NCBI RefSeq assembly: GCF_018350175.1
Contig: NC_058368.1
Span: 220,164,001-220,228,000, forward strand
DNA length: 64,000 nt
From: Felis catus
Taxonomy: Eukaryota
Direction: 5' to 3'
The translations under genes and the position numbers were made by a program. Positions 1 through 14,112 of this stretch are shown piece after piece (the stretch's first letter is position 1; each line of letters opens with the position of its first letter). The notes below the pieces were generated by a model. It was given only the letters and a program-made list of their open reading frames with translations. It did no database searches and was not told the origin of the DNA.

Positions 1-232
1 TGATAACTGAAAATGAAAAAAAGAAATAATAAAATAATGTAAATATAAGACTTAGAAAGTTTTCTAAAAATAGTAAAGGAAAATGTTAATCTAAGAAAAT
101 ATAATCCAAGTCCTATTTGGAGAAGTTAGTTATCTCAAAAGGAGATACACATTTATTATGTGTATAATATTGGTCATTCATTGTATTAGTAAAGATTAAA
201 CATTGTTATGTTTAATCTGAACACTGACTCTG

Positions 233-418
233 TGGGCTGCTTGGGTGTCTCAGATGGTTGAGAAACTGACTCTTGATTTCAGCTCAGGTCATGATACCAA
301 GGTCATGGGATAGAGCCCCATGTCAGGCTCCGTGCTGAGCATGTAGCCTCTTGGGATTCTCTGTCTCTCTCACTCTGCCCCCTCCCCTGCTCATGCTCTC
401 TATCTAAAATATATAAAT
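233..418 (+). mobile_element. Can-SINE (older subfamily)
   Basis: tRNA-derived head, (CT)n, A/T tail running into a microsatellite. Confidence 0.9.
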
Positions 419-469
419 GTGTGTGTGTGTATATATATATATATATACACACATATATATATATACATA

Positions 470-501
<32 letters not shown>

Positions 502-510
502 CATATATAT
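417..510. repeat. Compound (TG)n/(TA)n microsatellite
   Basis: Direct reading. Confidence 0.95.
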
Positions 511-728
511 TGATCTATTGCCTCTGTGAAGTAGGAACTATTGCATTTTCTTCCCTCCTTCCCCTTCTCTTAGGCAAGAAGACACTTACATTCAAAATTC
601 AGGGTTGATTCATGACTGTGTCTGGTCAGAACCAATTCTGTCTTGGGTCTCAATAATGTTATAGTATAGGCATATTAAAATTATTTCAATAAAATCATTT
701 TTCCTGCTTTTTATGGACTTTTATTCTT

Positions 729-942
729 TTTTTAATTTTTTAATTTTTTATTTTATTTTTGTGAGAGAGACAGAGCACAAGCAGGGAAGGGGCACAGAAA
801 GAGGGAGACACAGGATCCGAAGCAGGCTCCAGGCTCCGAGCTGTCACTACAGAGCCCGACTTGGGGCTCGAACTCATGAACCGTGAGATCACGACCTGAG
901 ACGAAGTTGGATGCTTAACTGACTGAGCCACCCAGGAGCCCC
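729..942 (-). mobile_element. Feline Can-SINE
   Basis: Perfect TSD tatggacttttattctt at 712-728 and 943-959. Confidence 0.97.
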
Positions 943-2749
943 TATGGACTTTTATTCTTGTATTACATAATAATAGTACACAGAAATATAAAGAAAAAAA
1001 TTGAAAATAAGAATTTTCAACAGAATATTCAAAAACTTTTTTTTTTAAATCAGGACTTTTATGTGTTAACCTTTACATATTTGTTAAAGTGATGGTTAGT
1101 GATAGGACCTCATTTCATTTCAATTTTAAACACTCTTAGCTCCAAAGTTTGCACTGGAAATGTTGACATATCCATGCACTTATACAATGAAAACTCCAAA
1201 TAAAAATTTTTGGTTTTATTGACTATAAGGTTGTTGTCTTTAAGCAGATCAGTTTGGTGCCTATGAGTAGATAATGCAAATAAACTTTGTGACACGTAAT
1301 TCCCTCAGTAGCATTATTCTGGAATATAGCCCAATGGTTTTTACAATGTAGATGTTTCATTTATTTTATTTGTTGGTAGTTAGTGCTTGTCAAAATGTTT
1401 TGCATTGTCCTGTTTTCACGTATAATTTCAGTTCCACTTTTATCCATTATATATGGTGATTGTTTAGAGTAAAAAACTCTGTGCCTCTTTTAGTCACTTG
1501 GCTTTTCCTCAGGTAGTGGCATATGTATGTGGGAGGATACTTGCTATGTAAAATGAATACAATCAATCATACCACATTCCCTAAAAGCAGTCTCGTGATC
1601 ACATGGGCGGGTCTGGGGCAAAGAGACAAGAATATCAAATAAGGATGCAAACTTTAATTTAAAATTGTTCTGCAGGTGAAGAATTGAGTTGAATTCTCTT
1701 GAGAATATGCTAGATCACTAAACTGTACAATAAAATAGCAAGAAAGTCATAAGTAGAATCAGAAGGATATAGAGGTAGGACATCCTTAGATTTTACAATA
1801 TTTTTGCATATTCACTCATCCATTTGTTCATTCATTCTTTAACACCCCCATAATTCACTACATATTTATTGACCTGCTATTGTACTCAATTAACTATAGA
1901 AGGTCCTGAAAATTCAAAGACTAAAATATTTTTTTTCACTTCTTACGACATTCAGAAATAGGCTACAAAATAAATTTGTCTTGCAGAAATAGTCTACAAC
2001 ATGCTAAAGGGTACATAATAAAATGGAGTTAGGTATGAGACTATATATAACAACAGAACAAAGATGTATCATATTTCCACCTAGAGAGGTCTTGTGTGAT
2101 GTGGAGAGGGAAAGAAGGAAGAGGGAGAAGCTAAGGAGATTTCAAATAGAAATGATACTTATACTGTGTCTCAAGGAACAGAGCCGGGGTTTGTATATAA
2201 ATGTCTAGGCAGAGGATGCTGTCAAGCACAGAAACGTGTGATGCATGACATGACTTATCTACTGTGCATTGTCTTTGGAGCTGGGAATATAACGATGTAT
2301 GATGATTTTGTGGTTCTGTTGTTATGAAGCATATAGTCAGTAGTAATTGTGCCAGATAATCTCCATTCTGCCAGATCCATCATCCATCTTTTCTTCTCCA
2401 TTCTGTGGTCTGCAAAGATTATTTCTGTGGGTTTCATGATTCTGGCACCCCTACCCTCTGGCTTGTAATTAATGTTTGGTTAAAGAGAAGTCCGGGGAGG
2501 AGACTGGCATGTGGATTAAATGGAAGATCAAGGCATTTATGGTCCACATCCCAACCCCTGATCCTTCTGTACCTATAGAATTTTTGTCAGAGACTACACG
2601 GCTCAAGTGGCAGCCGGGGCCACCATAGCTGGCATCACCACTTTGCCTGGATTGCATTCCTCGAGCTGGGAACAGGCCCCAGAATATTGTAGGCATTCAG
2701 ATATATTTACTAGAAGAAAACAAGGTGAATCTTTTCACATAAAGATAAG

Positions 2750-3280
2750 ATTGTAGTAATTCTGATCAAAGTGTTCAAATACTACCCATTTCATTCAGGG
2801 TAAAGCTCAAAATCTTCATCATGATCAATAGGCCTTACAGTATGCCCCTCCTTCCCCTCTCTGGCCCCAACAACACATATCACTACATCTGGACTATACC
2901 CTGTTCACCTCTCTCCTTATTTCTCCAGTCTTACTGTTTTCCGTTTGCTATACTATTCATGCTTTAGGATCTTCACATATAATATTCCCCTTTTTTGAAA
3001 AGCTCATCTTATTTCTCCAAAGCTTAATCCCACTCTTCTTTAAGGTCTCTGCCTACCCCAGTGCAAACTCTCCAGAGAGACCTCCCCTGACCATTATATG
3101 TTACTCTGATCTATTCGTCTCTATAGCACTTACTGACAAATTATTTACCTGTATACTAGTTCGTTAGAATTCATTCTATCCTCTCTGACTGTAAGATACA
3201 TGGAGGAGAAATATTTGTTTTTGTTTTCCCATTAGATAATCATTATTAATATTTATTGAAAGAATAAGTGATTGAATAAA
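2750..3280 (+). mobile_element. L2 3' fragment
   Basis: cccatttcattcagggtaaagctcaaaatcttc; cagagagacctcccctgacca; gactgtaagatacatggagg; aatatttattgaaagaataagtgattgaat end. Confidence 0.6.
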
Positions 3281-3419
3281 ATTCCCTTTATTTATTGAAT
3301 ATTGTGTAGTATATTAGAATCAATGCATAACTTATTTTCTAAATAATATTATTTGTTCTAATGATATAGTAAGAAAATATTTCTGTATACCAAAATCATA
3401 CCCTTTGTGTTACTTCATG

Positions 3420-3438
3420 GTTTTTTTTGTTTTGTTTT

Positions 3439-3471
<33 letters not shown>

Positions 3472-3642
3472 TAAGAAACAGTGCAAGCAGAGGAGAGGGG
3501 CAGAGGGAGAGAGAGAATTTTAAGCAGGCTCCAATGCCCATGGCAGAGCCCAACATGGGGCTCAATCTCAGGACTGTGAGACCATGACCTGAGCCAAAAA
3601 CAAGACTCGGACACTTAACCAACAGAGCCACTCAGATGCCCC
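3420..3642 (-). mobile_element. Can-SINE with a (CAA)n-converted tail
   Basis: SINE body antisense; (TTG)n at about 3439-3470 on the + strand. Confidence 0.92.
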
Positions 3643-3879
3643 TCTGTGCCCTATCTTAAACACAACTCGTAACTTTTGAGATCAATTTTATGTGTATTAT
3701 AGAATATATTTCAGTAGTTCTATAAATGATACTCCATGTTGACTGTCTTCCTTTTTTTCCCCTAAACTCTTCTTTATATTAACACCGAAATAAGGACACG
3801 GCTAGTAGAATTCTAAAGCAAGAGTTGCCTTTTCTTCCTTGACCATTTACTCTTTAAAAACAAAAAGAAACAACATAAA

Positions 3880-5300
3880 ACATTTTAAAGATAAAATATC
3901 ATTTATGTTTGCCTATATATTTACCATTTCTAGCATTCTTAATCTTGCATATAGATTAACATTTCCATCTATCATTTTCTCTCTGCCATCAGGAATTCCT
4001 CTGATATCTCTTTTAGTGCATGTGTGCTGCTCATCTATTTTGTCTTTGTTTTTGAATGATATTTTCATAAGCATTCTAGGCTGGGAACTTTTTGTCTTTC
4101 GGTATTTTAAGAAGTACTTCTACTCTCTTCTGTCTTACCTTGTTTCCAAGTTGAAGTTTTCTTTCATCCCTTCCCTCTCTCTATATTTAATATGTCCTTT
4201 GTTGTTGTTTTTTTTTTCCTCTGCCTGCTTGCAAGATTTTCTTGCTAACACTGACTTTTAGCAATTTGGTGATGACATTCCTTGTTGAAATCTTCTTCAT
4301 GGTTCTTGTGGTTGGGGTTTATTGAACATTTTGGATAGGTGGGTTTGTAGTTTCATGAAGTTTTAAATGTCTGGCTATTAAGTTTCAAATATTTTTCTCC
4401 CCACCCCTTTCTTTCAGACTTTCCATTATACAGATATTTGACCACTTCAATGTGTCCCACAGTTAACTGATGGTTGATTAATTTACTTTTTTAGCTTTTT
4501 CTCTATCATTGATTCAGACAGCTTCTTCTGATAGGTCTTTCAGTTCAGTATCTGATATTAATCCCACCTAGGGTATTTTTCACCTCACATATTGTATTAT
4601 TTATTTCTAGGTGTTCAGTTTGGGTCTCTTTTATATCTTGCATAGCTCTTCTGGCTGATTTTTTTCTCTTTACTTTCTCACACATATGAAATGTGTTGAA
4701 TAATCTTGTCTAATAATTCTGTCATTTCTAGGTTTGTTCCTACGGATTGACTTTTCCCATCAACATGTGTCATATTTCCCAAATTCCTTGCATGCCTGGC
4801 AATTTTGATTGGATGGTAGACATTATATATTTCAACTTTTGGATGCAGAATATTTTTGTATTCCTATAAATCCTATGGTTTTTTCTGAGATGCGATAAAT
4901 CACATGGAAGAAATTTGATCTTTTCAAGATCTGCTTTTAAATGTTGATGGGCAAGAGCACAGCAAACTTGATCTAAGTCTAAAGTTGTTCACCTCTGTAG
5001 TAATAGACAGGTCACTCCAAACTTCCCGCCCTGATTCACAGCTCCATCTTCTTAACTCAGGAATACCAGTAGGGTTGGTTTCAAAAATCTTTCTTTTGAC
5101 TTAGTCTAAAAACTCTTTTTGAGAAATAGGCTTGAACAATCACAGAGCTCACCTATTTTATTTCCACTGTCTCAGGGATCACCATTCTGCACTGCTTCAT
5201 CTGCAATGTCTGATAACTGTTATCTCACATGTCTTTCAATTTCTTTGTTTCAATGGCAGGGGAGATCCCTTACCTATTACTCTGTCTTGGATGCAATTGG
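3880..5300 (-). mobile_element. Ancient L1M-type fragment (ORF1/5' region, antisense)
   Basis: T-rich degraded sequence with typical antisense L1 ORF1 phrases (tttattgaacattttggataggtgggtttgtagtttcatgaagttt; tttcaaatattttttctcc). Confidence 0.6.
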
Positions 5301-7116
5301 AAAAATTGGAGAACAAACAAATTATAACTGCACGGAAGAAAATGATTTCACAATAAAAGGGAAAATTTCACAAATAAAATATTAAAATCTTAACATTGAA
5401 CCTCATAAATATGCACTCTTAAAATACATGACACACATACAGAAAGAGAGAAAGAGAATTTTAAAATCTCAGAAATCAATGGGTTTAGCTCATAAAGTTT
5501 AGTAGTGGTGATGTAAGCTTTGAACAAATATAAATAAGTATGATATTTTTGATATTACATTCCTTTGTAGTCACAAGTTTGGGAACAGACATTTTCCTAC
5601 TTTCAAGCAATATTACCAATTCAATTCAATTAAATTAGTAAGCTACAAAGGAAAACTCAAGAAACTAAAAGTATATATGTATTTTCCTATGAACTATACA
5701 TCTATAAAACTATAACAAAAAAAGTGAACAATAGATGACATTTTAGAAAAATTATAACATAATACATTACCAATCACGGATAGAGAAAAAGGAAAAAAAA
5801 TTGTGGTGGTGGGGGGTAATTTTTTTAGAATAAAATGACAAAACATTCTAAAAATCAAAACATGTACTGTTTTTCCTGTTTCTCTTTAGATTTCAAATTT
5901 TATTACTTTGTTCTTTAATCAATATGAGTTGACTCTTTAAATTATATTTACTGTCAGGATATACATTTATTTATTTTTAAAAATATAATTATCTAACTGT
6001 CACAGAACCACTTCAATGATAAGTTGTATTACAATTTTTGGCATAAAATTGCATCATTAAAAAAAAATCGAAAACAAGTAAACAAGGATCCAGATCCAAG
6101 AACATGGTTAAAAGTGGCCTGAGCAAAATAGAAATTTATTTGAATTTCCAGGTCTTACTTAATGAGCCTACTCATCATACCAATTGCTATTCTCCAGTGT
6201 ATATTCATTAAAAAAAAAAGAGAGATGTGAAATTAAGCTTGTTCATATATATTTGAAATATTAAAATACGAATCTCACAGAATATAGTCTTCATAAAAGA
6301 ATTATAATTTTGTAAGCTATTTAGATTATTTCAATTTGTTTGGATTTGATTTTCTGAAAGCATATTAGCAATTAAATTGATTTTACACTTGGACAAGAAT
6401 ATAAGTACAAGATAAGTAGGATATCACTGCATTTCTTTAAAAACATTGAATAATAATTATGTTGTAAGCTTTACTAACTTCTTAGCTTAATTATGCTGTA
6501 TTTTCTATAATAGGATGATAATACTAAACAACCATCAGTAGGGAATGTGCTTTGAGCTGTTTTCTTCCAGTAATTAGTAAGGTGATTGAATATCCACTAA
6601 ATAAAGTGGGAGAATTTGTAAAGACCACTTGGGAGAATGTGTGCATTAAACAAGCATAGTCTTTCTATAATCACTATGCTTTAAACCTAATTAAACTCAA
6701 GAGAATCCAATTAAATGAAGGGGAAACAATAAAGCAATAAAATGATTTGAGGATAAGTTTGATACTTGTAATCCAAAATTCTTTAAGAGTTAAACCCTAT
6801 GATTAAAGTTTTAGGAAGAGGTAAATGGACTACTTGTATCTGGCAAACTGAATTTCAAATTGAATTGCAAATTCCACTACTAGATGAAATCATTAAACAC
6901 AACTTTGAAAAATAATATTGATTTAAAAACTGTGTTTGGCTTTGCTGGTTCGAGGATACTCAGACTGTTTGTCCTTTTCTGACATGAGTGTATAAAATAT
7001 ATATTTTATAAAAACTTTTGAGATCTGATATAGTAACTTAAAAATTCAAACAAGGTAATTTTTAATGAGACCATTAAAGCATATATAACAACATTTAGAA
7101 TTATGTAATTAGACAA

Positions 7117-8790
7117 GGTGTGGGGAAGATGGCAATGGAGTAGAAGGACCCTAGGCTCACCTCATGCCTGGAGTACAACTAGATAACTATCAAATCATCC
7201 TAAATACCCCAGAAATTGACCTGAAGACTGGCAAAACAAACTCCACAACTAAAGGTAAAGAAGAGGCCACACCAAAGAAGGTAGGAAATGTGGAGACACA
7301 GTTTGGAAGAGAAATGGATTGTGGCCACTGTTGTGGGGAGAGAGCTGTGATCACAGAGAAAGATTAGAGACAGACTAGCACACAGGGGAGCACATGGGGA
7401 AAATGAAAGTGAGAGGGGCCGAATTTCATGAGCTCTTGCAACCAGCAGGGTATAAAACCTGAAAGTCAGGTTTTTAAAAAGTTTTAAAAGTCAATGGGCT
7501 TGGCTAGAATAGAGCCCAGAGAGCATTGTGCTGTTCTTGGAGAGAAGGCAGGCAAATAACTGTGGACGTACAGCTGGAAACAGTGGTCTGAAGAGTGCCT
7601 GGGACACACAGTGGGGAGGTTATTTGCTCATCTCAGAGTGCATCCCAGAGGGATAGCCATCACAGAGAGTCCCCCACTGGGAACAAAAGAACTGGCTAGC
7701 ACCATTTCTTCCCCTACCCCTCAGCATAAGCATATGCGCATCCATGGGAAGAGCACAGAATTAACACTTGCTACCTAACTTATTTACGCCAAGCTCACCC
7801 CCATGTTTCTGTGGAACCCCTGCTCCCAGTCATGCTTGCTTCAGTCCCAGTGATGTGGGCCCCCTCCCCAAAAAGACTAGTGCAAACCCCTGCTCATACC
7901 ACATGCCCTGGCAGCAGAGTTCTCTGCTGCAGAGTCTTGGTTTCAGTGGCAGTGGTGGCAGGTCTCATTTCACAAATAGACTGGAGCACACCTAGTTAAA
8001 ATGCACTACATTCAGGTCAGGAACAAAACACTGCCCACAACAGGCAAAGAGAGCCTCTGCAGATGACTGGCCTGAAGGATAGAGTAGCCAGGATAAAACA
8101 GCAGAGCACACAGCACACATTAGAGATGCTCCTGGAAGCATCGGGCCCTGGGAAACAGGAGACACTACATGGAAGTGCATGGAAGGGTCCATTGCCCTCA
8201 AAATGAGGAGACATGGTTGGTTTTCCTAACATACAGAAACAGGCACAGAGACCTAGACAAAATGAGAAGACAAAGAAATGTATCCAAAATGAAAGAACAG
8301 GACAAGGCTATGGTCAAAGATCTGTGTGAAACAGATATAAGTAACATGTCTGAGAGAGAATTTAAATTAATGATCATAAGGATACTCACTAGACTTGAGA
8401 AAAGAGTGCAAGATATGAGTGAGAGATAGCAGTAACACTGCAGAGATAAAGGGCTCAATAAATGAAATGAGAAACCTGCTTGGTAGAACGAGTGGCAGGT
8501 TGGAAGAAACAGGACAAATCAGTGATCTAGAAGACAGAGTAATGGAAGGTGAGTTAGCTGAACAAAAGAAAGAGAAAAGAAGAATGCAAAATGAGAGTAG
8601 ACAGGAAACCCAGTGACTCCATCAAACATAATAACATACATTTTATAGGAATCCCAGAAGAAGAGAGAAAATGGGGCAGAAAATTAAAGAATAGCTGAAA
8701 ACTTTCCCAATCCGGGGAAGGAAACATTTATCCAAAATCAGGAGACACAGAGAACTCCCATCAAAGTCAACAAAACAAATCCACACCTAA
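7117..8790 (+). mobile_element. Carnivore L1 5'UTR + N-terminal part of ORF1, 3'-truncated
   Basis: Starts ggggaagatggc; ORF1-like MRRQRNVSKMKEQDK...ISNMSEREFKLMIIRILTRLEKRV and QISDLEDRVME, with frameshifts; similarity ends at about 8790. Confidence 0.88.
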
Positions 8791-9552
8791 GTAAAAGAGT
8801 GAAAGAGACTGTAAGTAAAAGAGACAACCAACCCAATGATTTTACAAGTGCATGTGGGTTACCTCTAATTTATGTTTTTCATTTGGACTACTAATTCACT
8901 CAGTAATTTCATAAAATGACAGTTTCATCAAGAAAAATGTTAAGATTTTGAGTTCAAAGTGACAACACACAAATTGTATATGGATTTTCCTCATCATCCT
9001 AAAACAAAGCATTAAAAGAGAAACATTTGTTCCATATTTGATGAAAATTAGAGATGTCTCTTTTTCCAAATCATTCTACATGAAGATAAAAAATGGAGGG
9101 AAGGAGAAAGAACAAATAACAATGAGATGAGGAAGGTAAAACTTGGGTGTGTGTGTAAAATGGTGTATACCATGGAACTAAGCAATATTTCAGGAACCAG
9201 AGGCATCGTGCACACAAGAAAATGAAGATAAGGAGAGCGTGGTGATGGGAAAGAACAGTTTTAAAAAGCATAAAGTCTGACTTTCATATTCACGCTTAAC
9301 GCTTACACTACAAGTAAGGAAAAGCTCCTCTGCTAAGGAAGAGAGAAGGCTCTGAGGATGACTGTGATAACACGCCATGAGGAAAACAGGAACGAGGTTC
9401 CTTTCACATTTGAGGAAACAAGTTTTCTTACCCACATAAGGCCCTACCTTCACAGGCAGGATATTGGAGGATATTTTAATGAATGATCTAAATTGCTCAA
9501 GAGAAAAGATCAATAAGTAATGATAACTCCACTTTAATTATAAAGCGTAAAA

Positions 9553-10091
9553 TGTAGTATTCTGGCTCTCTTCTCCAAGAATTATAAACCACATTCCTCA
9601 GATTCCCTTGTAAATAAGTTTCTGGATTAAAATGTAACCTCACAATTTACTAAATTTTGCAAAGTAGAAATAGGGTGAAATTATCTTTCTGGTGCTGATA
9701 GGCAATGCTAGTTAAAAAATAAGATTGTTGGGAAAGTTCATGGCATCCTGATCCAGGGGCACGGTGTCTAATCACCATCACCACAGATGTGCAAATTTCT
9801 TGTAATAGCAGCAGTGACTTCTTGACTTATATTGCAAGTATCATCATGTGCCCTTGAACTAAACAGTCTAAAATATCAGTGTGCATTTTTCTCCGTTAGA
9901 CCCTCAACCAAAACTTCAACTACTAATCCCTTCTGAAATCCCTTCCCACTTTAAGTTTATATAACCTGCATCTAACCTAACTGATAGAATCATTAAATTC
10001 ATTAAATATCTTACATTGAAGACCAGCCAGTATACCATTAGCTCTCCCAAACATTCAGTAGCATGTGCAGGCGTGTGCCCGCGCACGCGCG

Positions 10092-10132
<41 letters not shown>

Positions 10133-10138
10133 ATACAT
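9553..10138 (+). mobile_element. Possible old ERVL/MaLR LTR
   Basis: Starts tgtagta, contains ccacattcctcagattcccttg, ends ctgataca; highly degraded. Confidence 0.35.
10081..10130. repeat. (CG)n-(CA)n compound microsatellite
   Basis: gcgcacgcgcgcgcgcgcgcacacac... Confidence 0.95.
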
Positions 10139-10521
10139 TTGGCAGAAATTCTAATCAGTTCTTTTGTGCTTCACAATGTAATATGAATCAAAAATCAGGG
10201 GACTCATAGCATCTGAGCTAAAATTGTCATAATGGTAAGAAAAATGTTCTATTACAATTGAATCAAGAGAAAAAAATATCTAGACATATGGAAGCAAATA
10301 CAACTGAAAATACTTGTATGTACCAGTCAAAGTATTTGATTCTGGAAGCAGATAAAATAACAGGGACATTGGAAGGTTTATTTGAAATTTTCAACAGTAT
10401 TTGAATTTTTAGATTATTTTCCTTAAGTGTTAGATTAAAAACATGAAAAAGGAAATAGAGTAATATTGAAATGAGTACACAGAATTATAATAGCAAAACT
10501 TATCCTATTTAAATTCATGTA

Positions 10522-10752
10522 GGGGTGCCTGGGTGGCTCAGTGGGTTAAGCGTCCGACTTCAGCTTGGGTCATGATCTCACGGTTCTTGAGTTCAAGCCC
10601 CACATCAGGCTCTGTGCTGTCAGCTCAGAGCCTGGAGCCTGTAGCCTGTTTCAGATTCTGTCTCCCTCACTCTCTCTCTGCCCCTCCCCTACTTGCGCTC
10701 TGTCTCTCTCTGTCTCTCAAAAATAAAAACTTCAAAAAAATTTTTAAATAAA
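10522..10752 (+). mobile_element. Feline Can-SINE
   Basis: TSD taaattcatgta at 10510-10521 and 10753-10764. Confidence 0.97.
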
Positions 10753-12049
10753 TAAATTCATGTATATTATTGTGCACTCAATTTATAGATAGTAGTTCAT
10801 TGAGAAACTACTAACAGTAGTAAATTTCTCAATATATTTTCAATATAAACATGCTATTATATTAATTTCATTTATAGTATGTATAGAGTTATAAAGCGAT
10901 GACTTTCTAATCTATTACTATTTGGTCAAAATTATACGTAATATAGTAAAAACCATTATGGTAGGTGTTAAGGTAGACTTAATGATATGATAGTGGATTT
11001 TATATAAAAAAGAGGTCAAATATATGAAATGTTGCAAGCAACAACTTTTTAAAGAACTTACCCTTTTTATAGTTTCCAGTATGTGGCTTTGACGTTCCAT
11101 ACTATTTTAGAAACTAAAAGAATCAAAATGAAAGGGTTTAAAATTGAAAGGAGAAGAGTGGTAGTTTATTGATTTCATTTTAAATAAAAACCTTGAGTCC
11201 TAAAGGCATCAACCAATTCCCTTTTTCCATCTTCTTTTGAGTTTCAGACACAGTAATTGGAAAAAGTTTGTGCCTATTTGGGATACTAACAAAAAGATAC
11301 ATACCTCTCAATTTTTAAAATGAAACTTCTTCTACTTTTTAAGATGTGTGATTACAGATAACAAAAACGCCATTTATCTACCAATATGACTCGAATCATA
11401 ATTGACTAAATAATAATTGACTATCTATTGCCAGTTACATAAAATATCTCTTTCATTTATTGAAGATTTCTGTGTTCTGGGCTATAAAGGCATTGATTTG
11501 TTTTATATTTATTTGTTTCTAAATTGATGTTTCATTGCTTGGATATAGGAAATCTATTATTTTTGAAATATGTAATAATCTGTGCTGATAAGTAGAATAA
11601 GTGACTTACATAAACCACATTAATTTGTGTAAACTCTAGAAGTCCATGAAATACAGCTTTAGGACAATTAACATCTCTTCATTCTTCAAGGCATTCAGGA
11701 TGCCACAGCTTGAAAATTTTTGAATTAACATTAGGAAAGTAAAAAAGTATGCTATGTGTTTAGATGTGAAGAAGATAAATATAATCATGGCATCTGGATG
11801 CTGGTGGGAAATCATCCCACTGTGACTGTTGACTGAGAATAATTGACTGAATGAGTGGATCTGGGGACGTGCAATAGATTAAATTCCTGGGGATGGGTGA
11901 ACTTTGTAACCTTATCATTGGTGACTGTTTTTTGTAAAGAAAGTCTAAATGTCAGAAAAGTTAGCTGCAAAATCTATGATGGTGTAAAAATAAAAATGGT
12001 GTAAAAATAATAATATTTTAGTGTTGTTTTAATTGGTCAAGTTTCTCAC

Positions 12050-12250
12050 AAAAAAGAGGTTAGAGTGGGAGAGAGCCAAAGCATAAGAGACTCTTAAAAA
12101 CTGAGTACAGACTGAGGGTTGATGGGGGGGTGGGAGGGAGGGGCAAGTGGGTGGTGGGCTTTGAGGAGGGCACCTGTTGGGATGAGCACTGGGTGTTGTA
12201 TAGAAACCAATTTGACAATAAATTTCATATATTTAAATAATAATAATAAT
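12050..12250 (+). mobile_element. Short L1_Fc-like 3'UTR insertion
   Basis: Near-identical to 21115-21300 (gaggttagagtgggagagagccaaagcataagagact...gacaataaatttcatat), with an (AAT)n tail. Confidence 0.92.
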
Positions 12251-13466
12251 ATTGGTGAAACTATGCAGTTTCATTCTCTCAATATTTTTATTTAAAACAT
12301 ATTTAAAAATTTTTTTACAAAATAAGTAAATATTAAAAATTAAGTGTAAATTTGATGCTGAGAGTTTACACTAGTTGTTAAAAATGTTAACGTCCTTATA
12401 TATTTTAAATGACTAAGTTCTTATTTGTAACATTCTGGTATCAAGGTAATGAGAATCCTGTTAATCTTAAAAGAGTTGACCTCATTTTAATACTATTTCA
12501 GCCACTCTATCAAACATGTTCATAAAATTTGGCAGAGATTATCTGCTAATAGGGCATGGAGAGACTGAGTATTTACTCTTGCAGAAAACAATTAAAATTC
12601 ACAAAGAAATTGATAACATATTTGAAGGGCCTAAAACATGAGCAGAGTAAAGGCAAAACTTTAAAAGAATTTATAACGTGTATCAGGTAAGAACTGTAAA
12701 TTGTATGATCATGTCTGGGATCTTCCCAGATTCCCCTCATGTGGAAACCTGTAGTCTTACAAAGCCTGGGGAAGATAATAGATTTTAGAACAGCTGAGCC
12801 ACTGGAAATTTAACATTCTTGAAGCGAGAGAGCTACAGACGTTGGAAATCTGAAATTTAAGTATAAACTCTATTCCAATCCCCGGCTGATTGTTAAATTT
12901 TGTGTGCCATGGGAGAACCCAGGGAGCCTGGTGAAAACCAGCAACCCACACACATCTCAGGTGGCAGAATGTGAAAGCCTTCCTGGATTGAGATGGCAAA
13001 TAACTGTTCTTGGTTCTTAAAGGACATGAAAATACAGGGAGGACACAACAACAAGAGAACTACAGAAAGACTAAGTCCAAAAGTCTTGAAGCTGTACAAA
13101 TCTTTAATTTACTGGGAGGCTAAGGAGTGGCAGGGGAGACACCCACATAAAGAGGTAAAATTAGTTAGATAAGGACAAGTATTATATCCCACACATGGCA
13201 GAGGAAACAGATTTTATAGTTTGAGATCATTCGGGGCACTTTCTAGTATCGCAATTCACAGAAAACAAGTCATGGTTATTGATGTGTTATCTACAATGTC
13301 CAGTCCTCAACCAGAAAATAATAGACATGAAAAGACACAGGAGATTATCACTTGTAATCAGGAAAGAAAGCAGTCAGTGACTCCATGTGCCCCCAGATTT
13401 TGGATTTCACAGATAAATATAAAATATTGATAAAGATGATATCATATGAGTAGAGCTATGAAAGTT

Positions 13467-13948
13467 TGTATTAGTTTCTTACTGTTGCTGTAACAAATTA
13501 CTCCAAACTCAGTAACTTAAAACAATACAAATTTATTGTTTTATCGTATTAGTAATGTGGGATTACTAATCTGAAATTAGTTTACTGGGATAAAGTCAGG
13601 ATGTCAGGAGACCTGGTTCCTCTGCATGCATCAGGCAAATTCCTTTTCTCACTTCTTCCACTTCTAGAGGCTGTCAGGATTCTGTGGCTCTTGGCCATAT
13701 CACTCAAATCTCTGCTCCTGATTTCACATACCTTCTCCTTTAATATGTCAAATCTCCCTTACTTATCTTCTATAAGGACACTGGTGGTTATAATTAGGGC
13801 CTACACAGGTAATTCAGGAAATTCTCCATCTCAAAATGCTCAGTTAAATCACATATGCAAATTCCTTTTAGCCATGTGATATAATATTCTTAGGTTCTGA
13901 GGATTAGTACATGGACACCTTAGGGGGCAATTACACAATTTATCACCA
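13467..13948 (-). mobile_element. MaLR (MLT1-type) solo LTR
   Basis: Starts tgtattagtttc..ctgttgctgtaacaaattac..caaactcagtaacttaaaacaa..caaatttatt; later ttctataaggacact...attagggcctacac..; ends ..atcacca. Interrupts an old L1-like segment. Confidence 0.85.
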
Positions 13949-14112
13949 AAGCATGGGGGGAATATAAATACCAAATGAAAATTCTAGAGCTGGAAATTAA
14001 AAGTGTTCTTTCATAGTAGTTGGTGCTACCATATGTAACACACCAACTTCCATCATCATTCCTTGTGACACAGAGTTTTATACAAATGATCAGCTTCACA
14101 TCTCACTCATGA

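Noticed and set aside
3839..4261. 140-aa hydrophobic ORF resembling a membrane protein
   Set aside because: T-rich antisense old L1 sequence gives F/L/S/I-rich frames by composition.
12018..12050. Twin-priming inversion at the 5' end of the short L1 (aagtttctca is antisense to L1 tgagaaactt)
   Set aside because: Only about 10 bp match and the TSD is ambiguous; insufficient evidence.
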